Part shown: positions 28,380 through 37,792 of the stretch, piece after piece
Layout of the letters: each line of letters opens with the position of its first letter
Numbering within the stretch: the stretch's first letter is position 1
Source: an uncultured Rhodobacteraceae bacterium
GTDB taxonomy: Bacteria > Pseudomonadota > Alphaproteobacteria > Rhodobacterales > Rhodobacteraceae
Direction: 5' to 3'
NCBI GenBank assembly: GCA_947489445.1
Contig: CANLDN010000008.1
Span: 14,614-78,613, forward strand
DNA length: 64,000 nucleotides
The notes under the pieces: model-generated
Database searches by the model: none
Seen by the model: only the letters and a program-made list of their open reading frames with translations
What the model was told of the DNA's origin: nothing
Position numbers and translations under genes: made by a program

Positions 28380-29105
28380 ATGCCCAAGGACGCAGATAAG
28401 ACGACAGGCCCCGGCCATGTGGCGATTATCATGGATGGCAATGGCCGTTGGGCGCAGCAACGTGGCCGCCCCCGCCTGTTTGGCCACCATGCCGGTGCGC
28501 GCCGTGTCCGTGAAATTGTTGAAGCCTGCCCTGATTTGGGGGTCAAATACCTGACCATCTTTGCGTTTTCGACCGAGAACTGGAAGCGCACCCAGACCGA
28601 AGTTGCCGGCTTGATGAGCCTGTTTCGCAAATATCTTGAACGCGAGGCCCGTGATCTGTTCAAAAGCGGTGTTTGCGTGCGGTTTATTGGCGACCGCATC
28701 CGTTTGGATGACAAGCTGGTCACGCTGATGGATGAGTTGGAGTTGCTGACCGCAGATAATGATCGCGTGCATCTGACGGTCGCCCTGAACTACGGTGGCC
28801 GTGATGAGGTAACCCGTGCCGCCAAGCGTCTGGCCTATGAGATTGAGCAGGGCCGTTTGACCCATGATGAGGTCGATGCGGAAACGCTATCGAAGTTTCT
28901 GGATACCCATGTTTTGCCAGACCCTGATCTGGTGATCCGCACCAGTGGCGAAGCGCGTATTTCGAACTTTCTGCTTTGGCAGTCGGCTTATTCAGAATAT
29001 GAATTTGTGGACACACTGTGGCCGGATTTCACCAAGGCAGAGTTTGCACGGGTTCTGGACAGTTATGGCAACCGAGAGCGCCGATTTGGGGCTGTGTTGG
29101 CCTGA
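28380..29105 (+). CDS. uppS: Undecaprenyl diphosphate synthase
   Basis: HVAIIMDGNGRWA, FAFSTENWKR, LNYGGR and DLVIRTSGEARISNFLLWQ motifs. Confidence 0.97.
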   Translation: MPKDADKTTGPGHVAIIMDGNGRWAQQRGRPRLFGHHAGARRVREIVEACPDLGVKYLTIFAFSTENWKRTQTEVAGLMSLFRKYLEREARDLFKSGVCVRFIGDRIRLDDKLVTLMDELELLTADNDRVHLTVALNYGGRDEVTRAAKRLAYEIEQGRLTHDEVDAETLSKFLDTHVLPDPDLVIRTSGEARISNFLLWQSAYSEYEFVDTLWPDFTKAEFARVLDSYGNRERRFGAVLA

Positions 29106-29107
29106 TC

Positions 29108-29911
29108 ATGACAACCCCTGCGCCCAAACCAAGTAACTGGGATGATCTGACCGTCCGCATCGCCTCAAGCGCTGCGATGGTTGTTATTGGTGCGGTCGGT
29201 GTCATTTTGGGCGGTGTCTGGTTCCAGATGCTGGTGGTTTTCGTGACCGCCGTCATGGTCTGGGAATTGTGGATGATGATCCGCCCGGAGGAACCGACAA
29301 AGGGCATGTTGCTGGCTGCGTTGGTTGCATCGGTGATGTCGGGCCAATTGGCGCATGGGTCTTATTGGGGAATGCTGCTGTTTTTGGTGGTCCCGCTGAT
29401 TGGCGTTACGCAGCTGAAAACCGAGATCAAGACGTTTTTCATCTTTGCGCTTGGCATTCAGGTTGCGGGGTGGGGTTTGGTCCATTTCCGGATGGATTAT
29501 GGGTTTACCTGGCTATTGTGGTTGATGCTGGTCGTGATCGTCACCGATATCTTTGGCTATTTCGCTGGTAAGTCGTTGGGTGGCCCGAAGTTTTGGCCCA
29601 AGGTCAGCCCAAAGAAAACCTGGAGCGGGACCGTTGCCGGTTGGGTTGGGGCAGGAATTGTCGGGTTCATTTTCACCTTATTCACAAATGCGGGTCTGTC
29701 GATTGTCGTTATCTCCATGGTGCTTAGCTTTGCGGGTCAGATGGGCGATATTGCCGAAAGCGCGCTGAAGCGCCGGATGGGCGTCAAGGACAGTTCAACG
29801 CTGATCCCCGGCCATGGCGGCTTATTTGACCGTTTCGATGCCCTGCTGGGCGCCGCGTTGTTTATGCTGCTGGTGGCCGATGTGTTTGACGTGCCGGGAG
29901 TGGCCTTTTGA
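29108..29911 (+). CDS. cdsA: Phosphatidate cytidylyltransferase
   Basis: DIFGYFAGK, SPKKTWSG, GDIAESALKR and PGHGGLFDRFD motifs. Confidence 0.95.
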   Translation: MTTPAPKPSNWDDLTVRIASSAAMVVIGAVGVILGGVWFQMLVVFVTAVMVWELWMMIRPEEPTKGMLLAALVASVMSGQLAHGSYWGMLLFLVVPLIGVTQLKTEIKTFFIFALGIQVAGWGLVHFRMDYGFTWLLWLMLVVIVTDIFGYFAGKSLGGPKFWPKVSPKKTWSGTVAGWVGAGIVGFIFTLFTNAGLSIVVISMVLSFAGQMGDIAESALKRRMGVKDSSTLIPGHGGLFDRFDALLGAALFMLLVADVFDVPGVAF

Positions 29912-31077
29912 GGCGGATCACGCTGTTTGGTGCAACGGGGTCTGTCGGGCAAAGTGCGATTGATCTGATTGCACGGGATGGCGATGCCTATGATGTGGTG
30001 GCCCTGACGGGTGGTCGCAATGTCGCGCAACTGGCCGCAGATGCGCGTCGGTTGAACGCTGATCTGGCAGTAACCTGTTACCCTGAATGCTATGATGATT
30101 TGAAATCGCTGTTGTCGGGCAGCGGGGTAGAGGTTGCTGCAGGTCCGGACGCCATTACGGACGCGGCGGCGCGTCCTGTGGATTGGGCATTGTCGGCGAT
30201 TGTGGGGGCCGCAGGGCTGGTGCCGGGGCTGGAGGCGCTGGCCCATGGCACGACATTGGCATTGGCCAATAAGGAATCGCTGGTGACCGCAGGCCCGTTA
30301 TTGCTGGGCCGGGCGAAGGCGCATGGGGCAACAGTGTTGCCGGTTGATAGTGAGCATTCGGCGGTGTTTCAGGCCCTCGTGGGTGAACATATGGCGGCGG
30401 TGGAGCGGGTGATTATCACTGCCAGTGGCGGCGCGTTTCGCGATTGGCCGGTTGAGAAACTGGCGACCGCGACTCTGGCTGAGGCGTCGAGCCATCCAAA
30501 CTGGGATATGGGACAGCGGATCACGATTGATAGTGCTTCGATGTTCAACAAAGCGATGGAGCTGATTGAAACAAAAGAGTTTTTCAACGTATCGCCGGAC
30601 ATGATTGAGGTGCTGGTGCATCGTGAAAGCCTGATCCATGCGATGGTGGGCTTCAATGACGGTGCACTGATGGCCCATGTTGGCCCGCCTGATATGCGCC
30701 ATGCGATCGGGTATGCGCTACATTGGCCGGAGCGCAAGGCGCTGCCGGTCGAACGGCTTGATCTGGCCAAGATCGGATCGTTGAGTTTTGAGGCCCCGGA
30801 TGATGCCCGCTATCCTGCCTTGGCGATTGCCAGGCGGGTGATGGACGAAGGCGGGATGTCCGGTGCCGTATTCAATGCCGCCAAGGAGCGTGCCTTGGAT
30901 GGTTTTATTGCCGGTGAGATCGGTTTTCTGGATATGGCGCGGGTGGTTGATGTCACGCTCGACAAAATGTCATCATCTGATGGGCTGCAAAATGCCGCTT
31001 TAAGCCTAGATAATATATTAGAAACAGACCGGTTGGCCCGCATTCGCGCGGGTGAAGCCATGAGCCAGTTGGGATAA
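29908..31077 (+). CDS. dxr: 1-deoxy-D-xylulose 5-phosphate reductoisomerase
   Basis: GATGSVG, LANKESLV, PVDSEHSA, HPNWDMGQRITIDSASM motifs. Confidence 0.97.
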   Translation: MRRITLFGATGSVGQSAIDLIARDGDAYDVVALTGGRNVAQLAADARRLNADLAVTCYPECYDDLKSLLSGSGVEVAAGPDAITDAAARPVDWALSAIVGAAGLVPGLEALAHGTTLALANKESLVTAGPLLLGRAKAHGATVLPVDSEHSAVFQALVGEHMAAVERVIITASGGAFRDWPVEKLATATLAEASSHPNWDMGQRITIDSASMFNKAMELIETKEFFNVSPDMIEVLVHRESLIHAMVGFNDGALMAHVGPPDMRHAIGYALHWPERKALPVERLDLAKIGSLSFEAPDDARYPALAIARRVMDEGGMSGAVFNAAKERALDGFIAGEIGFLDMARVVDVTLDKMSSSDGLQNAALSLDNILETDRLARIRAGEAMSQLG

Positions 31078-31081
31078 CGCC

Positions 31082-32416
31082 TTGGATTTAATGCAGTTTG
31101 TGCCGATGTTCGGCAACTTTGCCTTTATGATTGTGGCCTTTGTTGTTGCCCTTTCGGTGATCGTCGCGATTCACGAATACGGCCATTATATTGTGGGTCG
31201 TTGGTGCGGTATCGACGCAGAAGTGTTTTCACTGGGGTTCGGTCCGGTTGTGTACAGCCGAATGGACAAGCGCGGCACCAAATGGCAGATCGCGGCCTTG
31301 CCGTTAGGCGGCTATGTGAAGTTTCTGGGCGATGCGAATGCGGCCAGTGTTGGGTCGGATGGTACGGTGGCCGAAGTTGATATGCGTCGCACCATGCTGG
31401 GTGCCCCGCTATGGGCGCGCACTGCAACGGTGGCGGCGGGACCAGTTTTTAACTTTATCCTCGCGATTTTGATTTTCACAGGCTCCATCATGTATCAGGG
31501 CCGATCGGTTGAACCGCTTACCTTTGGTGAACTGCGTGAGTTGCCGCCGAGTTTTGCGACGGAGCTGCGCGGCGGTGACGTGTTGCTGTCTGTCGAAGGG
31601 TTCTTGTTTGATGATCCCGAGCGGACAGATGGCCTGATTGATCTGCTGCCGATGAAAGAGCGTTTGGATTACGTTGTTTTGCGTGACGATGAGGAGATCG
31701 TCGCGGAAGGGCCGTTTTTAATGCCAACGGCGGTGTCTGCTGTGACGCCAAGGTCTGCCGCAGATGACGCGAATATCAAGGTAGGCGATGTGATTACGGC
31801 CATCGATGGCCAGCCTGTGTTTGCATTCACGCAGGTGCAGGAAATTGTGAAGGCGGCCGCGGGCGCACCGTTGCAACTGACACTGTGGCGCGACGGGCGG
31901 ACGGTCGAGGTAACGCTATCGCCCCGCCGGGTCGATTATCCGGCCCCGGAGGGCGGGTTTCAGACGCGTTGGCTGATGGGTATCAGCGGTCAGTTGTTTT
32001 TTGACGAAAAGACCGAGTTTGTCGGCGTTTGGGCTGCGACAAAGATCGGGGCTCAGGGGCTTTGGAACACGATGACGACGTCGCTGTCGGCGCTTAAGCA
32101 TATCATTTTCGGCCAAATCTCGACCTGTAATCTGTCTGGCCCTGTCGGCATCGCAGAGACAAGCGGGTCGATGGCAGAGCAGGGCGCGCAGAGTTTCATC
32201 TGGTTTATCGGGGCGTTATCGGCCGCTGTTGGTTTGATCAATCTGTTCCCGATCCCGGTTCTGGATGGCGGGCATCTGATGTTTTTCGCCTATGAGGCCG
32301 TGGCCCGCCGCAAACCAAGCGACCGTGCTGTGCAGGTATTTATGTTTGTCGGTCTTGCCCTGATCTTGTCGATGATGTCGTTCACGATCCTGAATGATAC
32401 GGTTCTGTGCCCTTGA
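31082..32416 (+). CDS. rseP: RIP metalloprotease RseP
   Basis: IHEYGH, AGPVFNF, PDZ region and NLFPIPVLDGGH. Confidence 0.96.
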   Translation: MDLMQFVPMFGNFAFMIVAFVVALSVIVAIHEYGHYIVGRWCGIDAEVFSLGFGPVVYSRMDKRGTKWQIAALPLGGYVKFLGDANAASVGSDGTVAEVDMRRTMLGAPLWARTATVAAGPVFNFILAILIFTGSIMYQGRSVEPLTFGELRELPPSFATELRGGDVLLSVEGFLFDDPERTDGLIDLLPMKERLDYVVLRDDEEIVAEGPFLMPTAVSAVTPRSAADDANIKVGDVITAIDGQPVFAFTQVQEIVKAAAGAPLQLTLWRDGRTVEVTLSPRRVDYPAPEGGFQTRWLMGISGQLFFDEKTEFVGVWAATKIGAQGLWNTMTTSLSALKHIIFGQISTCNLSGPVGIAETSGSMAEQGAQSFIWFIGALSAAVGLINLFPIPVLDGGHLMFFAYEAVARRKPSDRAVQVFMFVGLALILSMMSFTILNDTVLCP

Positions 32417-32529
32417 TCTGACGTCAAAATGACACCTTTTTGCCGTAATTTTTTGCTACATAGTCAGCAGTATTTTTGGCACTGGGTGAGCCCGTGGAAA
32501 CGTTGATTGCAGGCTATAAGGGACTGAGA

Positions 32530-32619
32530 TTGTTGATCCGTTTGAATATGGATTGGCTGCGTTTCGCTGTGATCATGCTGATTGCGCTTTACTCTGGCGC
32601 ATACGTTATGTTGAGCTGA
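32530..32619 (+). CDS. Candidate small hydrophobic protein (29 aa) between rseP and bamA
   Basis: TTG start 6-7 nt after AAGGGA; MLIRLNMDWLRFAVIMLIALYSGAYVMLS* (alternative ATG at 32548). Confidence 0.35.
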   Translation: MLIRLNMDWLRFAVIMLIALYSGAYVMLS

Positions 32620-32731
32620 ATCATCTTTCGACGACTATATATGCGCGTTACTTGATGCGTTTGTCGTTTTGACATCCCCCCATATTGCGGCTACTCCGAT
32701 GGGGACTGAGGTGTGAGCACAGGCGATCATA

Positions 32732-35044
32732 ATGCAAAGATTTGTGGGGCGCTTTTGGGCGCAGGGCGTAGCGGCGGTTCGCTGCATTGGGTTCATCTTG
32801 AGCCTGGCAATGATGACAGTGACAGCTGCCAATGCGCAGGCATTTTCATTCAACACGATCACGATTGAAGGCAACCAGCGTGTTGCCGACGGTACAATCC
32901 TGACCTTTGCTGGCATTGACCCCGGCGACCGTTTATCCACTGCGGGTCTGAATGATGCGGTCCAGCGGATCCGTGCCACGGGTTTGTTTGAAAGTGTGGA
33001 GGCGGTCCCCAGTGGTCGCACCTTGTTGATCCGTGTAGTCGAATACCCCACCATCAACCGCATCAATATTGAAGGCAACAGTCAGCTTCGTGATGCGCAA
33101 TTGTTGACGCTTGTCCAATCGCAGCCGCGCAGGGTCTATAGTCCGACGCAGGCCGAGGCCGATACCACCGCGATCACACAAGCTTATGCCCAGCAGGGTC
33201 GGATCAACGCCGTCGTGACACCACGCATCATCCGGCTGCCGGACAACCGTGTTGACCTGGTTTTCGAGGTTGTTGAGGCGGGTGTAACCGAGGTGGAACG
33301 TATTTCCTTTCTTGGGAACCGCACGTTTTCAGAGGGCCGTTTGCGGCGTGTTCTTGACACCAAACAGGCCGGTTTCTTGCGCACGGTTATTTCACGTGAC
33401 ACGTATTCGCCGGATCGGATCGCCCGTGATCGTCAATTGCTGACCGATTTTTACCGCTCGCGTGGCTTTGCGGATTTTGTGGTCCAGAATGTTGATGTTG
33501 CTTTGACCCGCGAACGCGATGCGTATCTGGTGACCTTTAACCTGCGTGAGGGTCAGCGTTTCACCTTTGGCAATGTGTCCGTTACCAGTGAGATTGACGG
33601 CGTGTCCGCTGCGGATTTTGAAGATGCCATTCGCGTGCGCCGCGGGGTTAACTATTCACCGGTTCCCGTCGAAACCGACATTTCACGTATCGAACGACTG
33701 GCGTTGCAGCGTGGTCTGAATTTTGTGCAGGTTGATCCGCGCATCACCCGCAATGACCGCGATTTATCATTGAATGTTGAATATGTGCTTGTCGCGGCCC
33801 CGCGTGTTTTTGTGGAACGCATTGATATCGAAGGGAACAGCACAACATTGGACCGGGTTATTCGTAACCAGTTTCGCGTCGTGGAAGGTGATCCGTTTAA
33901 TCCACGTGAAATTCGCCAAAGTGCGCGCCGTATCCGTGGGCTTGGGTTCTTTCAGAGTGCGGATGTCGATGCCCGCGAAGGGACAAGCCCGAACCAGGTG
34001 ATTGTTGACGTCGATGTTGTTGAACAGCCCACAGGCACCCTGACGTTTTCAGCCAACTACAACAGCGATACCGGTCCCGGTATCGCTGCCGGTTACAGCC
34101 AAAGCAATTTTCAAGGGCGCGGCCAGCGGTTTAGCTTTGACGTATCGACCGCTGAGAACAATCGTCGCCTCGCGTTCGGGTTCAGCGAGCCGAATTTGTT
34201 GGGCCGTGATCTGAGGTTTGGCATAGATCTTTCGTATGGCACGACAGACAACGAAAATGCGGCTTATGATACCGAAATACTCCGCCTGTCGCCGTCTTTG
34301 CGTTTCCCCGTCAGTGAGAATGGTCGTCTGTCGGTATTTTACGCATATGAATATGAGAATCTGACGGATGTGGACGCATCATCGGGTATCAGCCCGATCA
34401 TCATCGCAGAGGCGCAGCAGGGCGTGGTCAACACGCATTCGCTTGGCTATCGTTACAGTTTTGACACCCGCCGCACGGGTCTGAACCCGAATGCTGGTGT
34501 GTTGCTGCGGTTTGGTCAGGAATTTGGGTTTGGTGACACCCAGTTTATCAAGACTACGGCGCTTGCGGGTGCGGAAACGAAGATATGGAACGAAGAGATT
34601 ACTTTGCGTGCCACTTTGGAAGGTGGATATCTCGAGTATCAAGATGGCGATAGTCGCGTGACCAACCGCTTCTTTCTTGGCAGCCGTTTGATGCGTGGGT
34701 TTGAGCCTGGAGGGATCGGGCCGCGCGATCCGGTGACGGATGATGCGTTGGGCGGCAACGCCTTTGCTGTGGCCCGCCTGGAGGCTGAGTTCCCCTTGGG
34801 TCTGCCCAGCGAATATGGAATTACTGGAGGCGCATTTATCGACTATGGTTCGGTTTGGGACGTTGGTGAGACGGGCGGGGTTGATCCGCTTTATAATGAT
34901 TTTACGCCACGCGCGGTGGCCGGTTTGTCGATATTCTGGACCACGCCGATTGGCCCCTTGCGGTTCAACTTTACCGAGGCGCTACAGTCGGAAGAGTTTG
35001 ACAATCCCAAATCCTTTGATGTGACCATTTCGACAAGTTTCTGA
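32732..35044 (+). CDS. bamA: Outer membrane protein assembly factor BamA
   Basis: POTRA repeats (IEGNQR, IEGNSTTLDRVIR), barrel motifs MRGFEPGGIGP and TPIGPLRF, C-terminal Phe. Confidence 0.97.
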   Translation: MQRFVGRFWAQGVAAVRCIGFILSLAMMTVTAANAQAFSFNTITIEGNQRVADGTILTFAGIDPGDRLSTAGLNDAVQRIRATGLFESVEAVPSGRTLLIRVVEYPTINRINIEGNSQLRDAQLLTLVQSQPRRVYSPTQAEADTTAITQAYAQQGRINAVVTPRIIRLPDNRVDLVFEVVEAGVTEVERISFLGNRTFSEGRLRRVLDTKQAGFLRTVISRDTYSPDRIARDRQLLTDFYRSRGFADFVVQNVDVALTRERDAYLVTFNLREGQRFTFGNVSVTSEIDGVSAADFEDAIRVRRGVNYSPVPVETDISRIERLALQRGLNFVQVDPRITRNDRDLSLNVEYVLVAAPRVFVERIDIEGNSTTLDRVIRNQFRVVEGDPFNPREIRQSARRIRGLGFFQSADVDAREGTSPNQVIVDVDVVEQPTGTLTFSANYNSDTGPGIAAGYSQSNFQGRGQRFSFDVSTAENNRRLAFGFSEPNLLGRDLRFGIDLSYGTTDNENAAYDTEILRLSPSLRFPVSENGRLSVFYAYEYENLTDVDASSGISPIIIAEAQQGVVNTHSLGYRYSFDTRRTGLNPNAGVLLRFGQEFGFGDTQFIKTTALAGAETKIWNEEITLRATLEGGYLEYQDGDSRVTNRFFLGSRLMRGFEPGGIGPRDPVTDDALGGNAFAVARLEAEFPLGLPSEYGITGGAFIDYGSVWDVGETGGVDPLYNDFTPRAVAGLSIFWTTPIGPLRFNFTEALQSEEFDNPKSFDVTISTSF

Positions 35045-35565
35045 TGATGATCTGGCGTGCCATTGCTGTTTGGTTGATGCTGGCGGTGCCTGCGGCAGCC
35101 CAGCAATCGCAGCCTCAGGTCATGATCATTGATAGTGACCGGGTGTATGTGGAAACGCTTTACGGACGGCGCATTGCGTCTGACCTGGCGGTTCAGGCCG
35201 CCGAGTTGCAGGCAGAGAATGACCGCATCGTTGAGACGCTGACCGAAGAAGAGCGATCTTTGACCATTCGGCGCCCTGAGATGACACCAGAGGCGTTTCG
35301 CGCAGAAGCCGCGGCCTTTGATGCCAAGGTCCAAGAGGTCCGCCGCGTCCGCGATGCCAAGAATGTCGAGTTGCAGGTTGCCAATGCCGAGGCGCGCGCC
35401 CGGTTTGAAGAACGTGTGCAGGGCATTGTCGCCAATATCATGCTGGAGCGTGGCGCGTTTCTGGTGTTGGAGCAGCGCAATGTCGTTCTGTCGGTTAGAT
35501 CAGCCAATATCACCGATGATGCGATTGTGCGTATTGACGCCGAATTGGGGGATGGCACGCGGTAG
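35044..35565 (+). CDS. OmpH/Skp-family outer membrane chaperone
   Basis: Signal peptide, helical body, DITD..I..ID C-terminus; follows bamA. Confidence 0.88.
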   Translation: MMIWRAIAVWLMLAVPAAAQQSQPQVMIIDSDRVYVETLYGRRIASDLAVQAAELQAENDRIVETLTEEERSLTIRRPEMTPEAFRAEAAAFDAKVQEVRRVRDAKNVELQVANAEARARFEERVQGIVANIMLERGAFLVLEQRNVVLSVRSANITDDAIVRIDAELGDGTR

Positions 35566-35649
35566 CGGATGCTTGCCCGTGGCCGGATCGCTTGCTAGTC
35601 AGATGGCAAGTGGACGTGGATCCGCAGAAATAACAAGGAATTACCCTCT

Positions 35650-36111
35650 ATGTCCGAGCCCGTTACCCAAGCTGATATTCATCTTATTCAAAAGATACTG
35701 CCGCATCGCTATCCGTTTTTGCTGGTCGACAAAGTACACAGTATCAATGGCACGACCTCGGCGGTGGGCATCAAGAATGTTACAATGAACGAACCGCATT
35801 TTCAGGGCCATTTTCCGGGTAATCCGATTATGCCGGGTGTGACGATTGTGGAAGCAATGGCTCAGACGACGGCCGTGATGGTGGGAGCTTCGCTTGGGTA
35901 CGTCAACGGTGATCTTTTGGTGTATTTCATGGCCATTGATGGCTGCAAATTCCGCCGCAAGGTCGTGCCCGGCGACGTGCTGGAAATGCATGTCGAAACG
36001 ACGCGAGGCAAACCCGGCGGCAAGGTTTGGCGCTTTAAGGGCGTGGCGACGGTGGATGGTGAGATGGCCGCCGAGGCGGAGTTTACAGCCATGATGGATA
36101 TGCAGGGCTGA
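35650..36111 (+). CDS. fabZ: 3-hydroxyacyl-ACP dehydratase
   Basis: [21 protein letters not shown] and [12 protein letters not shown] motifs. Confidence 0.97.
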   Translation: MSEPVTQADIHLIQKILPHRYPFLLVDKVHSINGTTSAVGIKNVTMNEPHFQGHFPGNPIMPGVTIVEAMAQTTAVMVGASLGYVNGDLLVYFMAIDGCKFRRKVVPGDVLEMHVETTRGKPGGKVWRFKGVATVDGEMAAEAEFTAMMDMQG

Positions 36112-36893
36112 TGGCGGGTATTCACCCCAGTGCCGTGATCGCCGAAGGCGCTGTGATCGGTGATGGCTGCACCATCGGTCCGTTCTGTGTGATTGGTCCT
36201 GATGTCCGCCTTGGCGCCGGGGTCACCCTGAAAAGCCATGTGGTGATAGATGGCGACACCCATATCGGTGATGACACGACGATTTTTTCCTTTGCGGTGA
36301 TTGGCGAAATCCCTCAGGATTTGAAGTTCGATGGCGAGAAGACCCGTTTGCGCATCGGTGCCCGCAACCGCATTCGCGAGCATGTGACGATGAACACGGG
36401 CACCGCCAATGGTGGAGGCGAAACCCGTATTGGTGATGATGGGTTGTTCATGGCGGGCTGTCATATTGCACATGATGCCCAGATTGGCGACCGCGTGATT
36501 ATCGTGAATTCATCGGCGATTGCCGGTCATTGCATTATCGAGGATGACGTTATTGTTGGTGGTCTGTGCGGTGTGCATCAGTTCGTGCGCATTGGCCGTG
36601 GTGCCATTATTGGAGCAGTGACGATGGTGACGAATGATGTTGTTCCGCATGGGCTGGTGCAGGGGCCGCGTGGTGTGCTTGATGGTCTCAACCTTATCGG
36701 CCTGAAGCGTAAGGGCGTAGCGCGTGCCGATATCACAGCATTGCGCGCAGCGTTTCAGATGCTCAAAGATGGTGAGGGGACGTTTCAGGATCGCGCCCGT
36801 AGGCTGGCGGACGAAAGTGACAGCGATTATGTCCAGCAGATGGTGGCCTTTATACTTGGCGACACTGACCGCAATTTTCTGACGCCGGGCTGA
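36111..36893 (+). CDS. lpxA: UDP-N-acetylglucosamine acyltransferase
   Basis: IHPSAVI, PQDLKF, HIAHD and VHQFVRIG motifs. Confidence 0.97.
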   Translation: MAGIHPSAVIAEGAVIGDGCTIGPFCVIGPDVRLGAGVTLKSHVVIDGDTHIGDDTTIFSFAVIGEIPQDLKFDGEKTRLRIGARNRIREHVTMNTGTANGGGETRIGDDGLFMAGCHIAHDAQIGDRVIIVNSSAIAGHCIIEDDVIVGGLCGVHQFVRIGRGAIIGAVTMVTNDVVPHGLVQGPRGVLDGLNLIGLKRKGVARADITALRAAFQMLKDGEGTFQDRARRLADESDSDYVQQMVAFILGDTDRNFLTPG

Positions 36894-37792
36894 TGCTGGC
36901 ATTGATTGCAGGGATCGGGGATTTGCCGCCTGCGTTGGTGGCGCGATTGCCGGAGCCGCCGCTTGTCTGTGCGATGGATGGGTTTGAACCTGCGCTGACC
37001 CCGGACGTACGGTTTCGCATTGAGCATCTGGGCAGTTTTCTTAATGATCTACACGCCCGCGGCGTGACCCGTATTTGTATGGCCGGGGCGGTACGCCGTC
37101 CGGTTATTGATCCAGCTGCTATCGATACTGCGACCATGCCGTTGGTGCCAAAGATACAAGCGGCCATCGCAAAGGGCGATGATGGTGCGTTGCGGGTGAT
37201 TATTGCGGTGATGGAGGAGGCGGGATTCGCCGTGATTGCCGCCCACGAGATTGCCCCTGATCTGCTGCCGCCCACCGGGGTTTTGACCCGCGCCAAGCCT
37301 GAGGATTGGCATAAGGCAGATGCGGCAGAGGGTGAGGCTTGCGTCGTGGCCATGGGGAAAGCTGACAGCGGTCAAGCCTGCATTGTCAGGGTGGGCTGTG
37401 TTCTGGCTAAAGAGGATGCCGAAGGCACGGATGCCATGCTGGCCCGGTTTTTCGAGGCCTATGATCCACCGATGGCAGACAATCCATTGGAATATATCAT
37501 GGATTGGGGTGTCAGCGCAGTTAAAACGGTCAAGGATTTGCTGTCCGGTCTAGAGGAGATCCCGGCAACGGCAGATGACGGTATCCTTTTTAAGGCACCT
37601 AAGCCGCAACAGGACCGCCGTGCTGATCTGCCATTGATTGGTCCGGCGACCGCGATGAGGGCCGCAGAAGCCGGGCTGTCGGGGATCGTGATTGAGGCCG
37701 GGGGGGTTATGGTTCTGGAGATGGAGGCCGTTCGCCAAATCCTTGATGCGCAGGGCATGTTTCTGTGGGCCCGCCCCAGAGGTGACGCATGA
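36893..37792 (+). CDS. lpxI: UDP-2,3-diacylglucosamine diphosphatase LpxI
   Basis: LALIAG.GDLP, GDDGALR, D.GQAC, EDAEGTDAML and KAPKPQQDRRADLP.IGP; located between lpxA and lpxB. Confidence 0.92.
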   Translation: MLALIAGIGDLPPALVARLPEPPLVCAMDGFEPALTPDVRFRIEHLGSFLNDLHARGVTRICMAGAVRRPVIDPAAIDTATMPLVPKIQAAIAKGDDGALRVIIAVMEEAGFAVIAAHEIAPDLLPPTGVLTRAKPEDWHKADAAEGEACVVAMGKADSGQACIVRVGCVLAKEDAEGTDAMLARFFEAYDPPMADNPLEYIMDWGVSAVKTVKDLLSGLEEIPATADDGILFKAPKPQQDRRADLPLIGPATAMRAAEAGLSGIVIEAGGVMVLEMEAVRQILDAQGMFLWARPRGDA

